A DNA stretch of 47,669 nucleotides. Origin: a virus (lineage: Duplodnaviria; Caudoviricetes). The stretch lies in the IMG/VR virus record IMGVR_UViG_3300011442_000014, positions 1 through 47,669 of that record. The stretch is one strand, 5' to 3'. Under the pieces are notes generated by a model, which saw only the letters and a program-made list of their open reading frames with translations, was not told where the DNA came from and did no database searches. A program made the translations under genes and the position numbers. The stretch's first letter is position 1; each line of letters begins with the position of its first letter. Below are positions 8,495-18,568 of this stretch, piece after piece.

Positions 8495-10429
8495 TTAACT
8501 CTCCACATCGCTAAAGACAATAAGTGATTCAGCTTCGCCGGGTGAGCCTGCGACTGAACCTGTGCCTCCACTCTCTTCGAGCACGAGCGTACGCCAGACG
8601 CAATCATCGTCTCGCAACGATACGATCATTGCTGCAGACGTATCACTTCCGCGAAGGCCCGCTGCGCGATCAGGAAACCAACTGAGATTCCATGGAACCC
8701 ACGAGCCGACGCGTGCATCGGGAATAAAGATGCGCATGACTTGCACAGCGATCGATTGCACGCCTGAGCGGAAGCGCTCGAGCACATCGAAGTTTGCAGC
8801 TTGTGCGAGTAGACTTCCTTGTTCGCTGATGCCGGCGATATTCAATCCGTCTTCATCACCGATGGCACCAAACGCAGTCGCATCATACGATTCAGCTTGC
8901 TGGCCATAGCGCAATTCAGATTCTGGATCTTCGAATGTAATCGTAATGTCGCGCTTAGCCAAACCATCGTACTCGCTGACTGTGATCCCAGAGTCTGGTA
9001 ATGGAATGAACCATCTCGGATAGATGTATGTCACTTCCGATATAGTTCGTTGGCCGAGATTCCAGTTCGGTGCAGCGACGGTATTGCCATCGGTCAGTGT
9101 CGTTGGATTGATCGTCGCGGGTTGAGCGCGCGACACAGGACTAATCCGCATCTGATTGTCCATCGCCGGGATCCAACCGCTCGGCGCAAACAAAGTAGAC
9201 TCAGTCCAGTCTCGGCCATCCTCAACGACCTCGGTCATTCGCAAGCGTACCTCTTCGAGCATATTATCGAGGGCGTCTTGATCGAATTGAATACGAGAGA
9301 TGAATGTGTCTGTGGCTGAATCGAGTTGTGCGGGGTCATAAATTAAGCCATCGATTTCATCAGTGGCCATGAGTGAGTACTTTCCATTATACACATTCAT
9401 CAAGACTTCGCCGAGCGGAGCCTCGACATAGTAGGGAAAGTCTTCGTTCGCTGGACCACGATATCGTAAGACACATTCGATATCAACACCGACATCCGAT
9501 GTGGGGAACCCTTCTGGGATATCATCGTCGACATAGAGCGTCACATAATTGACACACGGTGACAACTCGCCAAGGCCAGTTAACGATGCATCGATGAATC
9601 CTGCGAACGGTTGGAGGAATGTTGATGGCGTCGTCATTCGTGCGATGTTCCATGTCGTGTCTCCAACGACACGCCACAAGACATCAGCATACCGAGCGCC
9701 CCAGACGTTCGGTAGCAATTCAGAGATCTCACAGGCAGTCACACCTTTATCCGTCGTGATCAACAATTCTGTGTCGACCATCGCGCCGGTGAAGTGTGCA
9801 GCAAAGTTAACGAGTCCCATCTTCTTCGTCACTCCACCTGCCAGTAAGATATCTTGAATGTCGTATGTGCCAATGATCGGTGTGTCGATCACACGATTGA
9901 GCAATAGGGTCGTGTCGTATCCATCGACTGTCGTTCCCCAGCCATAGATCGCACCACGAGGAGCAATGCCAGCAACGCCTCCCGTTGTGAACAACGACAG
10001 TTTCCGTTCTGTGTCACGTGTGTCTCGGATTGTCCAACGATAGGCAGAGTAGGTTGAGTCGAGTTTTGGAGACCCGGCAGGGCCATCAGCGATGGTGACG
10101 TAGCCGATATCATCATCGATCCATCGGCGCAAACGGCAGCGACGTCCGAGCAAGTCGTACACTCGTGCAGTCATGAATCCAGTGGTCTGATCGCCGGGCA
10201 CTTCGGCTTTGTCAATGACACCGACTTCAATTGTACTGATCGAAGCCGTGCATTTCACTGCATCAATCTCTTGTTCCGCATATTGGCGCGCGGCGATGAG
10301 AAATGGATACGCATGATGTGGATCACTGGACACTTCCCACGACACGAACTCACCAGAGTAGTCTGCATCATACGAGTCCAATGAGACCGGATCATAGACT
10401 TCCAACAGTAACGAGCATGCGACAGGCAT
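8495..10429 (-). CDS. Tail tip / baseplate hub-like protein
   Basis: 644 aa acidic beta-rich protein downstream of the tape measure and Dit-like genes. Positional inference. Confidence 0.55.
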   Translation of the reverse strand: MPVACSLLLEVYDPVSLDSYDADYSGEFVSWEVSSDPHHAYPFLIAARQYAEQEIDAVKCTASISTIEVGVIDKAEVPGDQTTGFMTARVYDLLGRRCRLRRWIDDDIGYVTIADGPAGSPKLDSTYSAYRWTIRDTRDTERKLSLFTTGGVAGIAPRGAIYGWGTTVDGYDTTLLLNRVIDTPIIGTYDIQDILLAGGVTKKMGLVNFAAHFTGAMVDTELLITTDKGVTACEISELLPNVWGARYADVLWRVVGDTTWNIARMTTPSTFLQPFAGFIDASLTGLGELSPCVNYVTLYVDDDIPEGFPTSDVGVDIECVLRYRGPANEDFPYYVEAPLGEVLMNVYNGKYSLMATDEIDGLIYDPAQLDSATDTFISRIQFDQDALDNMLEEVRLRMTEVVEDGRDWTESTLFAPSGWIPAMDNQMRISPVSRAQPATINPTTLTDGNTVAAPNWNLGQRTISEVTYIYPRWFIPLPDSGITVSEYDGLAKRDITITFEDPESELRYGQQAESYDATAFGAIGDEDGLNIAGISEQGSLLAQAANFDVLERFRSGVQSIAVQVMRIFIPDARVGSWVPWNLSWFPDRAAGLRGSDTSAAMIVSLRDDDCVWRTLVLEESGGTGSVAGSPGEAESLIVFSDVES

Positions 10430-10455
10430 CCAGAGAACTCCGTCGTAAGAATGGA

Positions 10456-11385
10456 CTAAAGAATCCCAATCTCAACTGCGTCACGATAATATTCGTTCAA
10501 TTGAATACGCTCGCCGGAGCTGAGTGCCTTATCATAAACCAAGAATTCATACATCAGAAATTTCGCAGCGCTTGCAGGAGTGACGTTATTGCCGATGTGA
10601 AGCACACCACCGAGAATCGTACCTGAGCATGTCGCGGTGCCAGTCTCTTCTGTGCCACTGAGTGCGATGAGTGATGAAGCATTATTGTATAGGTCCATAC
10701 GAATGCATGGCATCGCTGCAGGATACTGTGAGGGGGAACCGAGACGATTAAGAGTCCAAAGTGTCGTCGATGAAAATCCTGAGGATGAGCCGAAAATAGA
10801 CCACGAATTGCTGGACGCTAAATATCCAACCGCACGAGAAGATGCATCTCTATAGAGATTCCCATCCGATGTACCGACGCCGAGTTCTTCAAGCACCATG
10901 ACGATAGTCATCGGTGCTGCGATATTTGGCATCGTCACTGTCAGATGCAAATTGTTCGTTCCATCAAAAGAAAAGCATGGATATTTATTGTTGAAGCGAT
11001 GCGGGAAATATCTCGGTCGGCCATTCGATGAGCCATTCGATGCATCTCGACTATTGCCACTGATGTCTGTGATCAGTGTGCAGAGATCCTGTGCTTTCGT
11101 GATCGTACTATACTCAGCACTTAACCGCAATTGAAGATTACTGATTGTCGACGGAAACGTTGGACGAGATGCTCCGCCGGCTGGAACAGTCCATGCGCCA
11201 GTGCCATCAAGAAACTTCGTGTCATCCCCTACGGTGTCTATTGTCGCTAAGTCGCCAAGTTCAAGATCAGATCGCACGGCCGCAGGATCATCAATGGCAT
11301 GATCAGCATTCCAGTCGCTGCCTTGAACTTGTCCTGAATCTTCGCCGTCAGGAACGGCAGAGATTTTCGTATGCTTGATGCCCAT
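10456..11385 (-). CDS. Tail fibre / receptor-binding protein with LamG/concanavalin-like domain
   Basis: N-terminal KH..SAVPD...SDWNADH motif, then DISGNSRDA, FSFDG and a C-terminal EFLVYDKALS.GE..QL..Y typical of LamG-like domains. Confidence 0.65.
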   Translation of the reverse strand: MGIKHTKISAVPDGEDSGQVQGSDWNADHAIDDPAAVRSDLELGDLATIDTVGDDTKFLDGTGAWTVPAGGASRPTFPSTISNLQLRLSAEYSTITKAQDLCTLITDISGNSRDASNGSSNGRPRYFPHRFNNKYPCFSFDGTNNLHLTVTMPNIAAPMTIVMVLEELGVGTSDGNLYRDASSRAVGYLASSNSWSIFGSSSGFSSTTLWTLNRLGSPSQYPAAMPCIRMDLYNNASSLIALSGTEETGTATCSGTILGGVLHIGNNVTPASAAKFLMYEFLVYDKALSSGERIQLNEYYRDAVEIGIL

Positions 11386-11388
11386 CAG

Positions 11389-11895
11389 TCACCCTCCAAT
11401 AAAGAATGCGTCTTCATCGAATGCGTCGTGATCAAACACACCGTCTTCAAACGATGCTGCGGACGTACGCGCGAAGTATTGAATATCCCATGGACCTGAT
11501 GTTCGAGATAATACAATCGATAATGTCATCATCCACGGCAGCGATGTATCTCGCGCAGGAGTAATGACATCATTGATATGTGGTGACTCAAGATGACAAG
11601 TGAAACGAGTTGGATCATCGTTCGCACTGTCTGGGGTCCAGTGAAATGAATCCCCAAGCTGCGCAAATGTGATCCATGGTTTGATCAACAACCACTCGTC
11701 TTCTGTAAATCTCAGTGTCGTGAAAAGCAAATACTTCCGCAGTCGAACGGTTGCTCCTGTCGCTCCCGCTGCAGAATACTGAAGACGGCCTTCAGTACGA
11801 GCACCGAATGTGAATGGTGTCTGCGGATATGTCAACTGGAAGGATGATACACCAAACTCAAACAGCGGAATCCATGGAAGATTGAGATCAGGCAT
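11389..11895 (-). CDS. Distal-tail (Dit)-like protein, paralogue of the N-terminus of 11899-13854
   Basis: Aligns by eye with the first ~125 aa of the upstream gene (LRF.E..W..I...I.FAQ.G..F.W.PD). Confidence 0.55.
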   Translation of the reverse strand: MPDLNLPWIPLFEFGVSSFQLTYPQTPFTFGARTEGRLQYSAAGATGATVRLRKYLLFTTLRFTEDEWLLIKPWITFAQLGDSFHWTPDSANDDPTRFTCHLESPHINDVITPARDTSLPWMMTLSIVLSRTSGPWDIQYFARTSAASFEDGVFDHDAFDEDAFFIGG

Positions 11896-11898
11896 AGG

Positions 11899-13854
11899 TC
11901 ACGGTACGTGAGTGATGGTCGCTTCACCCGGTTTGTAGATGATGATCAATTGTCCTCGTGTTCCTGCAGCGCCATTTCCGCCGCCAGCGCCAATGCCATC
12001 GATACCTTGTCCTCCTGCGCTGTTCTCTCCACCAATTCCACCACCGACAAATCCACGTGGGCCTACAGACGCACCACATGATCCAGCAAAAATTGCTCCG
12101 CCTCCACCACCGGGACCAAGCATGGCAATGATACGATGCTCAAAGAGAATGACGAGTCCGTCTCCACCACCTCCAGCCGCAATAAAGCATCCATTACAAC
12201 CTGAAAGAATCGATGCATCGTTTCCAGCACTCTGCGCGCCCGCGCCTCCACCTCCGCCTGTTGCAGACGCACTATTTGGACAGCCCATGCCAACAATTCC
12301 ACCACCGATTCCGCCTTGAGAGCCGCCACCGAATTCAGACCCTGCGCCGCCTCCGCCTGCGGCGGTGAATAATGTCGTGACACCGTCAAGTGTAATAGTT
12401 GTTGATCCGCCGCTCGCTCCCGTCGGAGCTCCAGGAGCGCCGCCAGCACCGATGCTCCATGTGATGTCTCCATCGGCAGTACGCGTTCCGCCATCGACAT
12501 GCCCTCCTCCACCGCCATTATTTGATGATCCTCCGCCACCTCCGCCGACACCAAAGATGGTGAATGTCCCGCTGACATGGTAGTGTCCAGGTGTATCGGG
12601 CAGGATATAGACGGTCGTAACCGGATCGTCGACGAACTGGATAGAAGAATTCGATGTGAGATGAATATGTGAGTGACCAATGACGGCATCGTATTTCGCA
12701 ACGACTGCTGCGACAGCATCTGCAGACATCGTAATGATAGCGTACGCACAGAGCAGCGACGCTGCAGAACCCGCATCACGCAGACGGAATTCATATGCAT
12801 GCGAGTCACTCAATGCAGTCGCTTTGAATGTGTAGGCACGTACGAAATCCGTAAGTATTGCAGAACGAACATTGGTCCCGGTCACTGTCGTGAGCGCGAT
12901 GACTCCAGCTGTAGTGATCGTAAAACGCCATCGGACTTTATCCGTATTCGTTGTGACATCGACGAGTGCGCCTTCGTACGTTCCTGCGACAAACTCATCT
13001 ACACCATCTGGACGAACGAACACGGTGATGTAACAATCTTCACCAGCAAACTCTGGCGCAACGACGAATCCTTGCTTCGGTGTGCTTCCAGAGAACACAC
13101 GAGTAAACTGCACACCGAGATGGCCATCTTCATCTTCGACTGCAGTGCCAGTATTGACCCATGGTGCTTCAGCGAAATCATTCTGCTGTTGTAAGACGAA
13201 TGGCAGGCCATCGTTGGCAGTAACTAGCCCACTCGAATTCACCGAAGCCGCAGTCGGATTGTCGCTTTCCCACGATGTTGGATCGACATCAGGAATAACG
13301 TTGTCGAGGAAATCGTAGAATGTCGGAATGAGTTGGAGTGTATCGTCTTCTTCCAATGGATTGATTTCCGGTTCAATCACCAGACGAGCTGGACGTCCAA
13401 TCACTGCTGGAGTAATTGGCTCGCGTGGATCGAATTCTGGCAATCCTTCCCACGGAATTCCGGGAGCTCCAGGCTCAATAACCGTGATAGTCAATAGCTG
13501 AATACGAGGAAGGCCATCGTCGAGCGCAGACTGATATGTTGATCCGCTTGCAGGTGCATCTAAGCAGACCGTAAAATTTATTGTGAGATCCGTTTGATCA
13601 GGAAACCAAATGAATGGAATGCCTGTCTGTGCGAAGTCAATGAATGCTTGAATCTCGGCCCATTGTGCTTCATGAAAACGTAATGAAAATGTAAGGAGTT
13701 CATCTTCACGAACGATGAATCCTGCGCGCACACCAGAGTCAGCTTCAATGTCTCCGCCGGCTTTTCTCAGTGAGCGAATCCATGGAGTTGACGGCAGCTC
13801 TAGCGTGAGTGTGACATCCTCGCCATAAATGAAGATCGGAATGTTCTGCAGCAT
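11899..13854 (-). CDS. Dit-like tail protein with Ig-like (Big_2) and glycine-rich domains
   Basis: Immediately follows the tape measure gene. WESDNPTAASVNSSGLVTA is an Ig-like motif, and the C-terminus is Gly-rich (GGGGGG repeats, G.RGQLII). Confidence 0.65.
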   Translation of the reverse strand: MLQNIPIFIYGEDVTLTLELPSTPWIRSLRKAGGDIEADSGVRAGFIVREDELLTFSLRFHEAQWAEIQAFIDFAQTGIPFIWFPDQTDLTINFTVCLDAPASGSTYQSALDDGLPRIQLLTITVIEPGAPGIPWEGLPEFDPREPITPAVIGRPARLVIEPEINPLEEDDTLQLIPTFYDFLDNVIPDVDPTSWESDNPTAASVNSSGLVTANDGLPFVLQQQNDFAEAPWVNTGTAVEDEDGHLGVQFTRVFSGSTPKQGFVVAPEFAGEDCYITVFVRPDGVDEFVAGTYEGALVDVTTNTDKVRWRFTITTAGVIALTTVTGTNVRSAILTDFVRAYTFKATALSDSHAYEFRLRDAGSAASLLCAYAIITMSADAVAAVVAKYDAVIGHSHIHLTSNSSIQFVDDPVTTVYILPDTPGHYHVSGTFTIFGVGGGGGGSSNNGGGGGHVDGGTRTADGDITWSIGAGGAPGAPTGASGGSTTITLDGVTTLFTAAGGGGAGSEFGGGSQGGIGGGIVGMGCPNSASATGGGGGAGAQSAGNDASILSGCNGCFIAAGGGGDGLVILFEHRIIAMLGPGGGGGAIFAGSCGASVGPRGFVGGGIGGENSAGGQGIDGIGAGGGNGAAGTRGQLIIIYKPGEATITHVP

Positions 13855-16265
13855 TACGATTCTCCATGCGGGACAATGCGGACCTTCGCATTTGCACCAT
13901 AGCGTTCGATCGCTTGCTGCGATGCACCATGCACGACACGTTGTACGTGTGGATTCAACATGTCAAAGCCTGGACCGACAAGATAGACCGAGACTTCTGC
14001 AGATGGTTGATGCGAACTCCCGGCACTATCTCCAGCGGTGCTCCGTGCAGATGCAACGTCTGCGCCTCCTGCTGACCCACCACCACCGCTCGATGGAATT
14101 GTTGGAGACGATCCTCCGCCACCTCCGCCACCTCCAACGCTCGGTGTCGCAGCTGACAATGCTTTCCATGCGAGTGCGACTGCACCGAATCCTGCAGCAT
14201 TCTTCAATGCAGCGGCCGCCGCTGGAGCATTGCCAAAGAGCGCATACGCGCCAGCGCGAACGAGCCATTCCAACGCTTCGATCCCAGTTTGCTTCGCTTT
14301 CTGTGCTGCGGCCTCATGGATTCCACCTTGCAACGCAACACCGAGTGCTTCCGCGAGGAAATCTGCGGCAGTCGCTTGCACGCGCATCGCTTCAGTCTGC
14401 TGATCAATAGCGGCAGTGACTTCCTTATACCGAGCAACGAGCTGTTTGAATGTCGCATCTTCTGTCCGGTTATTCGCGATGCCGATTTGAATCGCACGAG
14501 TCAATGCTTGGCGCTCTTGCCTCATACGCGTCAGATTATCAGTCGCATCGAGCGTCGCAAAGACCAAGTCTTCGCGAATCGCATCGCCCATCTCACGGAC
14601 ACCTTCGACGAATGCTTGATCTTCCTTGCCCAGATCTATGGCCGTCTTCAATCCACCGAGTCGTTCTGTCAATGCAGCAATTGCTTCTTGCGCGCCAGTC
14701 TCATTCGGTGTCTCTAACAATTTACTCAGTGCCTTCTGCACATCGTTCGCTTCGATCTGTAACTTATCGAGTGACGATGCACCAGTCGCTGCAGCGATCG
14801 CGAGATCTGTCCCAAGGCTCTTGAATAGATCATTCAGCGCCGTATTGACCGGGCCAGTCACATCCTTAAGAAAGATCAATTTCGCGCCGAGATCTCCAAA
14901 CTTGGTCGTTGCCGGATCAACTCCATTCTCGGCAAAGGCGATTAGCAACTTGGTCGTGCGATCAATTTCTGCACTGACAGAGTTGAATCCTTCGCCGAAC
15001 AGCTTGTCCATCACAGAGATAGTCTTTCCAGCCTTCTCAAATTCTTCAATCGCCTTTCGAATATTCTCGCTCTCGTCGGTCTTGACATGCTTTCCGACCT
15101 GCGGTGCATTCGTGCCTCCAGGTACTGTTGTCCGTGTCGTTGGGCCACCAGCAAATTGATCGCTCGAAAAGAGACGGTTTGCAAACGTCGATGTAGACTT
15201 CGCAACATTCTCTTTGCCCTGATTAAACAACTCCTTTCCAGTTTCTTCCAGCGCTTTCGCATTCTCGCGGATTGCTTGCGTGAGTTTGCGGCGCTCGGTC
15301 ACATCCTGGCCAAGTTTCTCTCGGACGTTATCTTCAATCTCGCGCAGCGACGCCCATGCATCAACGAGTTTACTGATTGCCAATGTAGCGATGCCGGCGG
15401 CAGATTGAAAGCCGCCGGTGAGTAACTCACCCATGCCTTTGATTGCACGGATGAGTACGTCTGTCGCATCGATCGCAAACTTGATTCCATTGGTAACCCA
15501 GTCTCGAATCTGTCCCTGGTTCTTTAGAACCCAATCGCCGAGCGTTTGAATCGCAGCGCGGAGCACGGAGAACATCGTGGTCGCGCCGTCTCCCTGGATG
15601 ATCGCATTGCCGAGGTCCTTCAGTACATCGTCCCACGAATTACTCATCTGCTTGAGCTGTCCGTCGAACGTTGCGGCCTCTCGCTCCGCTGCTCCGAACG
15701 ACCGCGACGCAAGAATCTCCAGTGCTTGCTGCGCCGTGTCTGCTTGAATGCCGAGTTTCTTTAATGCAAGTGTGTTCCCATTCATCGCCTTGGCCACCAA
15801 GTCGGTCGCCGGAGCGAGATCTCCTTCGAAAAACTGCGCCGCGACATTAGCGACGAGTCCCATATTGTTCAACGATGCCGACACATCATCAGTCAGTGTG
15901 ACCAAACGTGTGAGCGAGACAGCGAATGCATCGTCATCGTGAATCGTCGCGTCTTGAAAGGCATTAGCCGTCGCACGCAACTTGATTTCCATCGCGTCGA
16001 AGGATGCGCCTGTATTGTCGATCGTTCCTTTCAACATCCGCCAGGCTTTCTCTGACTCAGTCGCTTGCTCGATCGCCGCCGCTCCAAGTTTCTTGAGCGA
16101 CAGCACTGCGGCGCCGAGACTCAAGTATCCGGCAATCTTGAATCCGAGATTCTTGAACGACGAATCAATGGCGTTCGTCAGTGTGTTGACATCGGACTGT
16201 GTTTTCTTCGCACTATCCTTGTCCAACAACAGCTGAATGATTCGTTTGACGATGTTGTCTGCCAT
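13854..16265 (-). CDS. Tape measure protein
   Basis: 803 aa Ala-rich helical protein after the chaperone pair, with the typical TFDGQLKQMSNSWDDV segment. Confidence 0.85.
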   Translation of the reverse strand: MADNIVKRIIQLLLDKDSAKKTQSDVNTLTNAIDSSFKNLGFKIAGYLSLGAAVLSLKKLGAAAIEQATESEKAWRMLKGTIDNTGASFDAMEIKLRATANAFQDATIHDDDAFAVSLTRLVTLTDDVSASLNNMGLVANVAAQFFEGDLAPATDLVAKAMNGNTLALKKLGIQADTAQQALEILASRSFGAAEREAATFDGQLKQMSNSWDDVLKDLGNAIIQGDGATTMFSVLRAAIQTLGDWVLKNQGQIRDWVTNGIKFAIDATDVLIRAIKGMGELLTGGFQSAAGIATLAISKLVDAWASLREIEDNVREKLGQDVTERRKLTQAIRENAKALEETGKELFNQGKENVAKSTSTFANRLFSSDQFAGGPTTRTTVPGGTNAPQVGKHVKTDESENIRKAIEEFEKAGKTISVMDKLFGEGFNSVSAEIDRTTKLLIAFAENGVDPATTKFGDLGAKLIFLKDVTGPVNTALNDLFKSLGTDLAIAAATGASSLDKLQIEANDVQKALSKLLETPNETGAQEAIAALTERLGGLKTAIDLGKEDQAFVEGVREMGDAIREDLVFATLDATDNLTRMRQERQALTRAIQIGIANNRTEDATFKQLVARYKEVTAAIDQQTEAMRVQATAADFLAEALGVALQGGIHEAAAQKAKQTGIEALEWLVRAGAYALFGNAPAAAAALKNAAGFGAVALAWKALSAATPSVGGGGGGGGSSPTIPSSGGGGSAGGADVASARSTAGDSAGSSHQPSAEVSVYLVGPGFDMLNPHVQRVVHGASQQAIERYGANAKVRIVPHGES

Positions 16266-16570
16266 TAGTATCTCGGTACCTCAGTCAGTCGAGTCATGTC
16301 GCGCTGCCACGTTCCGTAGTCATCAGGCACGACTCCAGCCATCCGTACGGCTTGCGCAGTCGCCATCTGATCGCGCAAGTACGATCGTCCAATGTGTGTC
16401 AACGCATACTGATAATGTTGCCACGACAATGGAAATCCATCTGCTCCGCACCATGCAGGGCGGAGGGCCACGAACAGTTGGAGCTCATCTAAGACGTCTG
16501 TATCTCGTAGGCCGGAGTCTGATCCGATAAGGGTTGGACGCTTGACCTCGTCCGGCCCTGCAAGAAAAAA
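16265..16570 (-). CDS. Tail assembly chaperone, -1 frameshift extension (gpGT-like)
   Basis: The -1 frame ORF has no convincing start of its own. It is entered at the slippery T TTT TTC and ends in a TAATG overlap with the tape measure gene. Confidence 0.75.
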   Translation of the reverse strand, partial: FFLAGPDEVKRPTLIGSDSGLRDTDVLDELQLFVALRPAWCGADGFPLSWQHYQYALTHIGRSYLRDQMATAQAVRMAGVVPDDYGTWQRDMTRLTEVPRY

Positions 16571-17004
16571 TCGCAAACGTCCTTAATCTCGAACTCCGAT
16601 GCGACAAGCAACGGATTACGCATCAAATGAAAACGTTTCAGCCATTTCCGTCCACCAGTCGGTGTCATATATGGCCACATCATTTGTGCAAGTGATGAAA
16701 GCTGGAGATAATACTCGACAGAATCTTCTCGCTTTCCAGTGATCGAGAGACGCTTCGCCAACACAGTCACTTGGATTGATCGATCAAGCAAACGCTGGCC
16801 CAGCGTGAATGAGACTGGCGGAATTGCATATGCACGATCATGCAGGCGAAGATAGCGAGTACTCCCAAGCGACAGGACGGCCTCCACATTCCGTTGCCGA
16901 GGTTCGCTCTGACTCGGCAGCGCTCCGCGAGGGGAGGCCGTCGGCCGCTTCGACCGATGGCGCTCCTCCACCTCGCGGGGTGGAATATATTTGAACGTCC
17001 CCAT
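16489..17004 (-). CDS. Tail assembly chaperone (gpG-like)
   Basis: Lies between the major tail and tape measure genes and contains GAT TTT TTC near its end. Confidence 0.75.
   Translation of the reverse strand: MGTFKYIPPREVEERHRSKRPTASPRGALPSQSEPRQRNVEAVLSLGSTRYLRLHDRAYAIPPVSFTLGQRLLDRSIQVTVLAKRLSITGKREDSVEYYLQLSSLAQMMWPYMTPTGGRKWLKRFHLMRNPLLVASEFEIKDVCDFFLQGRTRSSVQPLSDQTPAYEIQTS
16564..16570 (-). promoter_or_regulatory. -1 programmed ribosomal frameshift heptamer U UUU UUC
   Basis: Plus-strand gaaaaaa. The zero frame reads D-F-F-L-Q and the -1 frame continues F-L-A-G-P-D-E. Confidence 0.75.
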
Positions 17005-17006
17005 GA

Positions 17007-17681
17007 TCAGGACGCGCCGTTCAAGTCAATGCCGGCCAGGAATGGGTCGCCCGTCGTATAGATGTGGTGGCCTTCCGCGAGGTCGGGGTGATGCATCGCT
17101 TGCGTGGATACGGTCTCGATGTTCTTCTTGTCGTCGCCGGCTCCGCCACGGAATCGGCGGGTCGGACGATTGAACACGACACGCCAGAGCCAGAAGCTGG
17201 CGTCAAGCAATCGCTGCTGATCGGCAGTCAGTGCGATGTTGTTGAACGTCCATGCGCCAGCGATGTCGAAAGCCACCTCAAAGTCCGTTACGATGCCGTC
17301 GTTATCTGCTTCGAGAAACAATGCCTCAGGGAAGATAGCGAGCGTGTATTCCTTTACCGGACCACGACGCGAACGTCCTGCATGCTTGCTGCCCGATGGC
17401 GAACAGATTCCGATGAGTGTCGGATCCGCCAAGTACAACGGAATCTCGATCACCGGATTCTCGCCGAGATAATCCATCTCGTGTGGAATCGGTCCAGTCA
17501 ATTCCGGCAGTGTGAGTCCTGCCGTCGCGCCGTTCGGAGATACGTTGATGTCGCCTTCCGTGACGCCGAGTTGCGTCATGGACAAGGCAGTCGTTGGATC
17601 CCACTTGTCGGCGTAGAAGACGACGCCACGACCGTAGGACGCAATGATCCCTGAGACATCGGCCAAGTTGAAGTTCGACAT
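17007..17681 (-). CDS. Major tail (tube) protein
   Basis: LGVTEGDI motif, 224 aa, strong AGGAG SD, located between the terminator-like gene and the chaperones. Confidence 0.75.
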   Translation of the reverse strand: MSNFNLADVSGIIASYGRGVVFYADKWDPTTALSMTQLGVTEGDINVSPNGATAGLTLPELTGPIPHEMDYLGENPVIEIPLYLADPTLIGICSPSGSKHAGRSRRGPVKEYTLAIFPEALFLEADNDGIVTDFEVAFDIAGAWTFNNIALTADQQRLLDASFWLWRVVFNRPTRRFRGGAGDDKKNIETVSTQAMHHPDLAEGHHIYTTGDPFLAGIDLNGAS

Positions 17682-17717
17682 GCTTCCTGCTCCTCCTGAG
17701 AAGTGTTGACCTACGTC

Positions 17718-18122
17718 CTACGAGAACGCGTACTGATTGCGCAGCGCGGCGATACGGAATCTCAAACCCCGACCATAGAAATTGGATCGGTCAGGCACGG
17801 CCAACGACACTCCCGTCTCGAATGTAGCGATGACTGTGAAGTCTCCGCCGAGTTTGAACGGAAGATCTTGCCGGAACATGCCACGAATGATTCGTTCGGT
17901 CTGAATCATCACAACATGATCCGTGTACCAAATATCGATCTGAATCAAGATTGGTTCCCAGAGTTCCGTCTCTGTATCGCCAATCAAGGTCCATTCAATG
18001 CCCGGCACTTGCTGTTCTCCAGAGGGACTCGCCATGCGAACACGATCCTCATAGAGCACACCGAGTGTCGGATGCGCAGCAATCTGCGCAACGACTCGCT
18101 CCATCACTTCGGCCCACATCAT
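17718..18122 (-). CDS. Tail terminator-like protein
   Basis: 134 aa with an IQIDIW motif, directly upstream of the major tail gene. Confidence 0.6.
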   Translation of the reverse strand: MMWAEVMERVVAQIAAHPTLGVLYEDRVRMASPSGEQQVPGIEWTLIGDTETELWEPILIQIDIWYTDHVVMIQTERIIRGMFRQDLPFKLGGDFTVIATFETGVSLAVPDRSNFYGRGLRFRIAALRNQYAFS

Positions 18123-18568
18123 TTGACTTTCGTCGCTCCCTCGAGGATGGCGTTAATATGTTCCTCCTCGGCTAGAAAGGTGGAAGCCATGTACGGACGT
18201 GGAAGAATACGACCACCATTCCATGTCACGCCTCCGAACTCGAGGATCGCAGATTGCGGAAGTGTCGTTCCGACTTCTCCCCAGACGAGATCACCTTCCC
18301 AAAGAATCTGATGTGTGATTGACTGACGAAGTCGCCCAGTCAAAGATGCTGGCGCTTCACCAGGAGCCGATGCTTGATGTATCCTTCCCTTCTTTCCGAT
18401 GCGATAAATTCGTCCAGAACGTTTTCCACTGAGTGTGCGTTTCACTGCGCCTTCAAAGTACAATGTCGCTGCAGTCACAGCGATCTCCGCTCCGGGTTTC
18501 AACTTCTGGAATTCTTCCTCACCGATGTTATCTTTGTTCTCCCACCGAACTTTTCCCATGAGGATCAT
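18119..18568 (-). CDS. HK97 gp10-like tail completion / neck protein
   Basis: HQASAPGEAPASLTGRLRQSI, LEFGG and PRPYM motifs. Confidence 0.8.
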   Translation of the reverse strand: MILMGKVRWENKDNIGEEEFQKLKPGAEIAVTAATLYFEGAVKRTLSGKRSGRIYRIGKKGRIHQASAPGEAPASLTGRLRQSITHQILWEGDLVWGEVGTTLPQSAILEFGGVTWNGGRILPRPYMASTFLAEEEHINAILEGATKVK

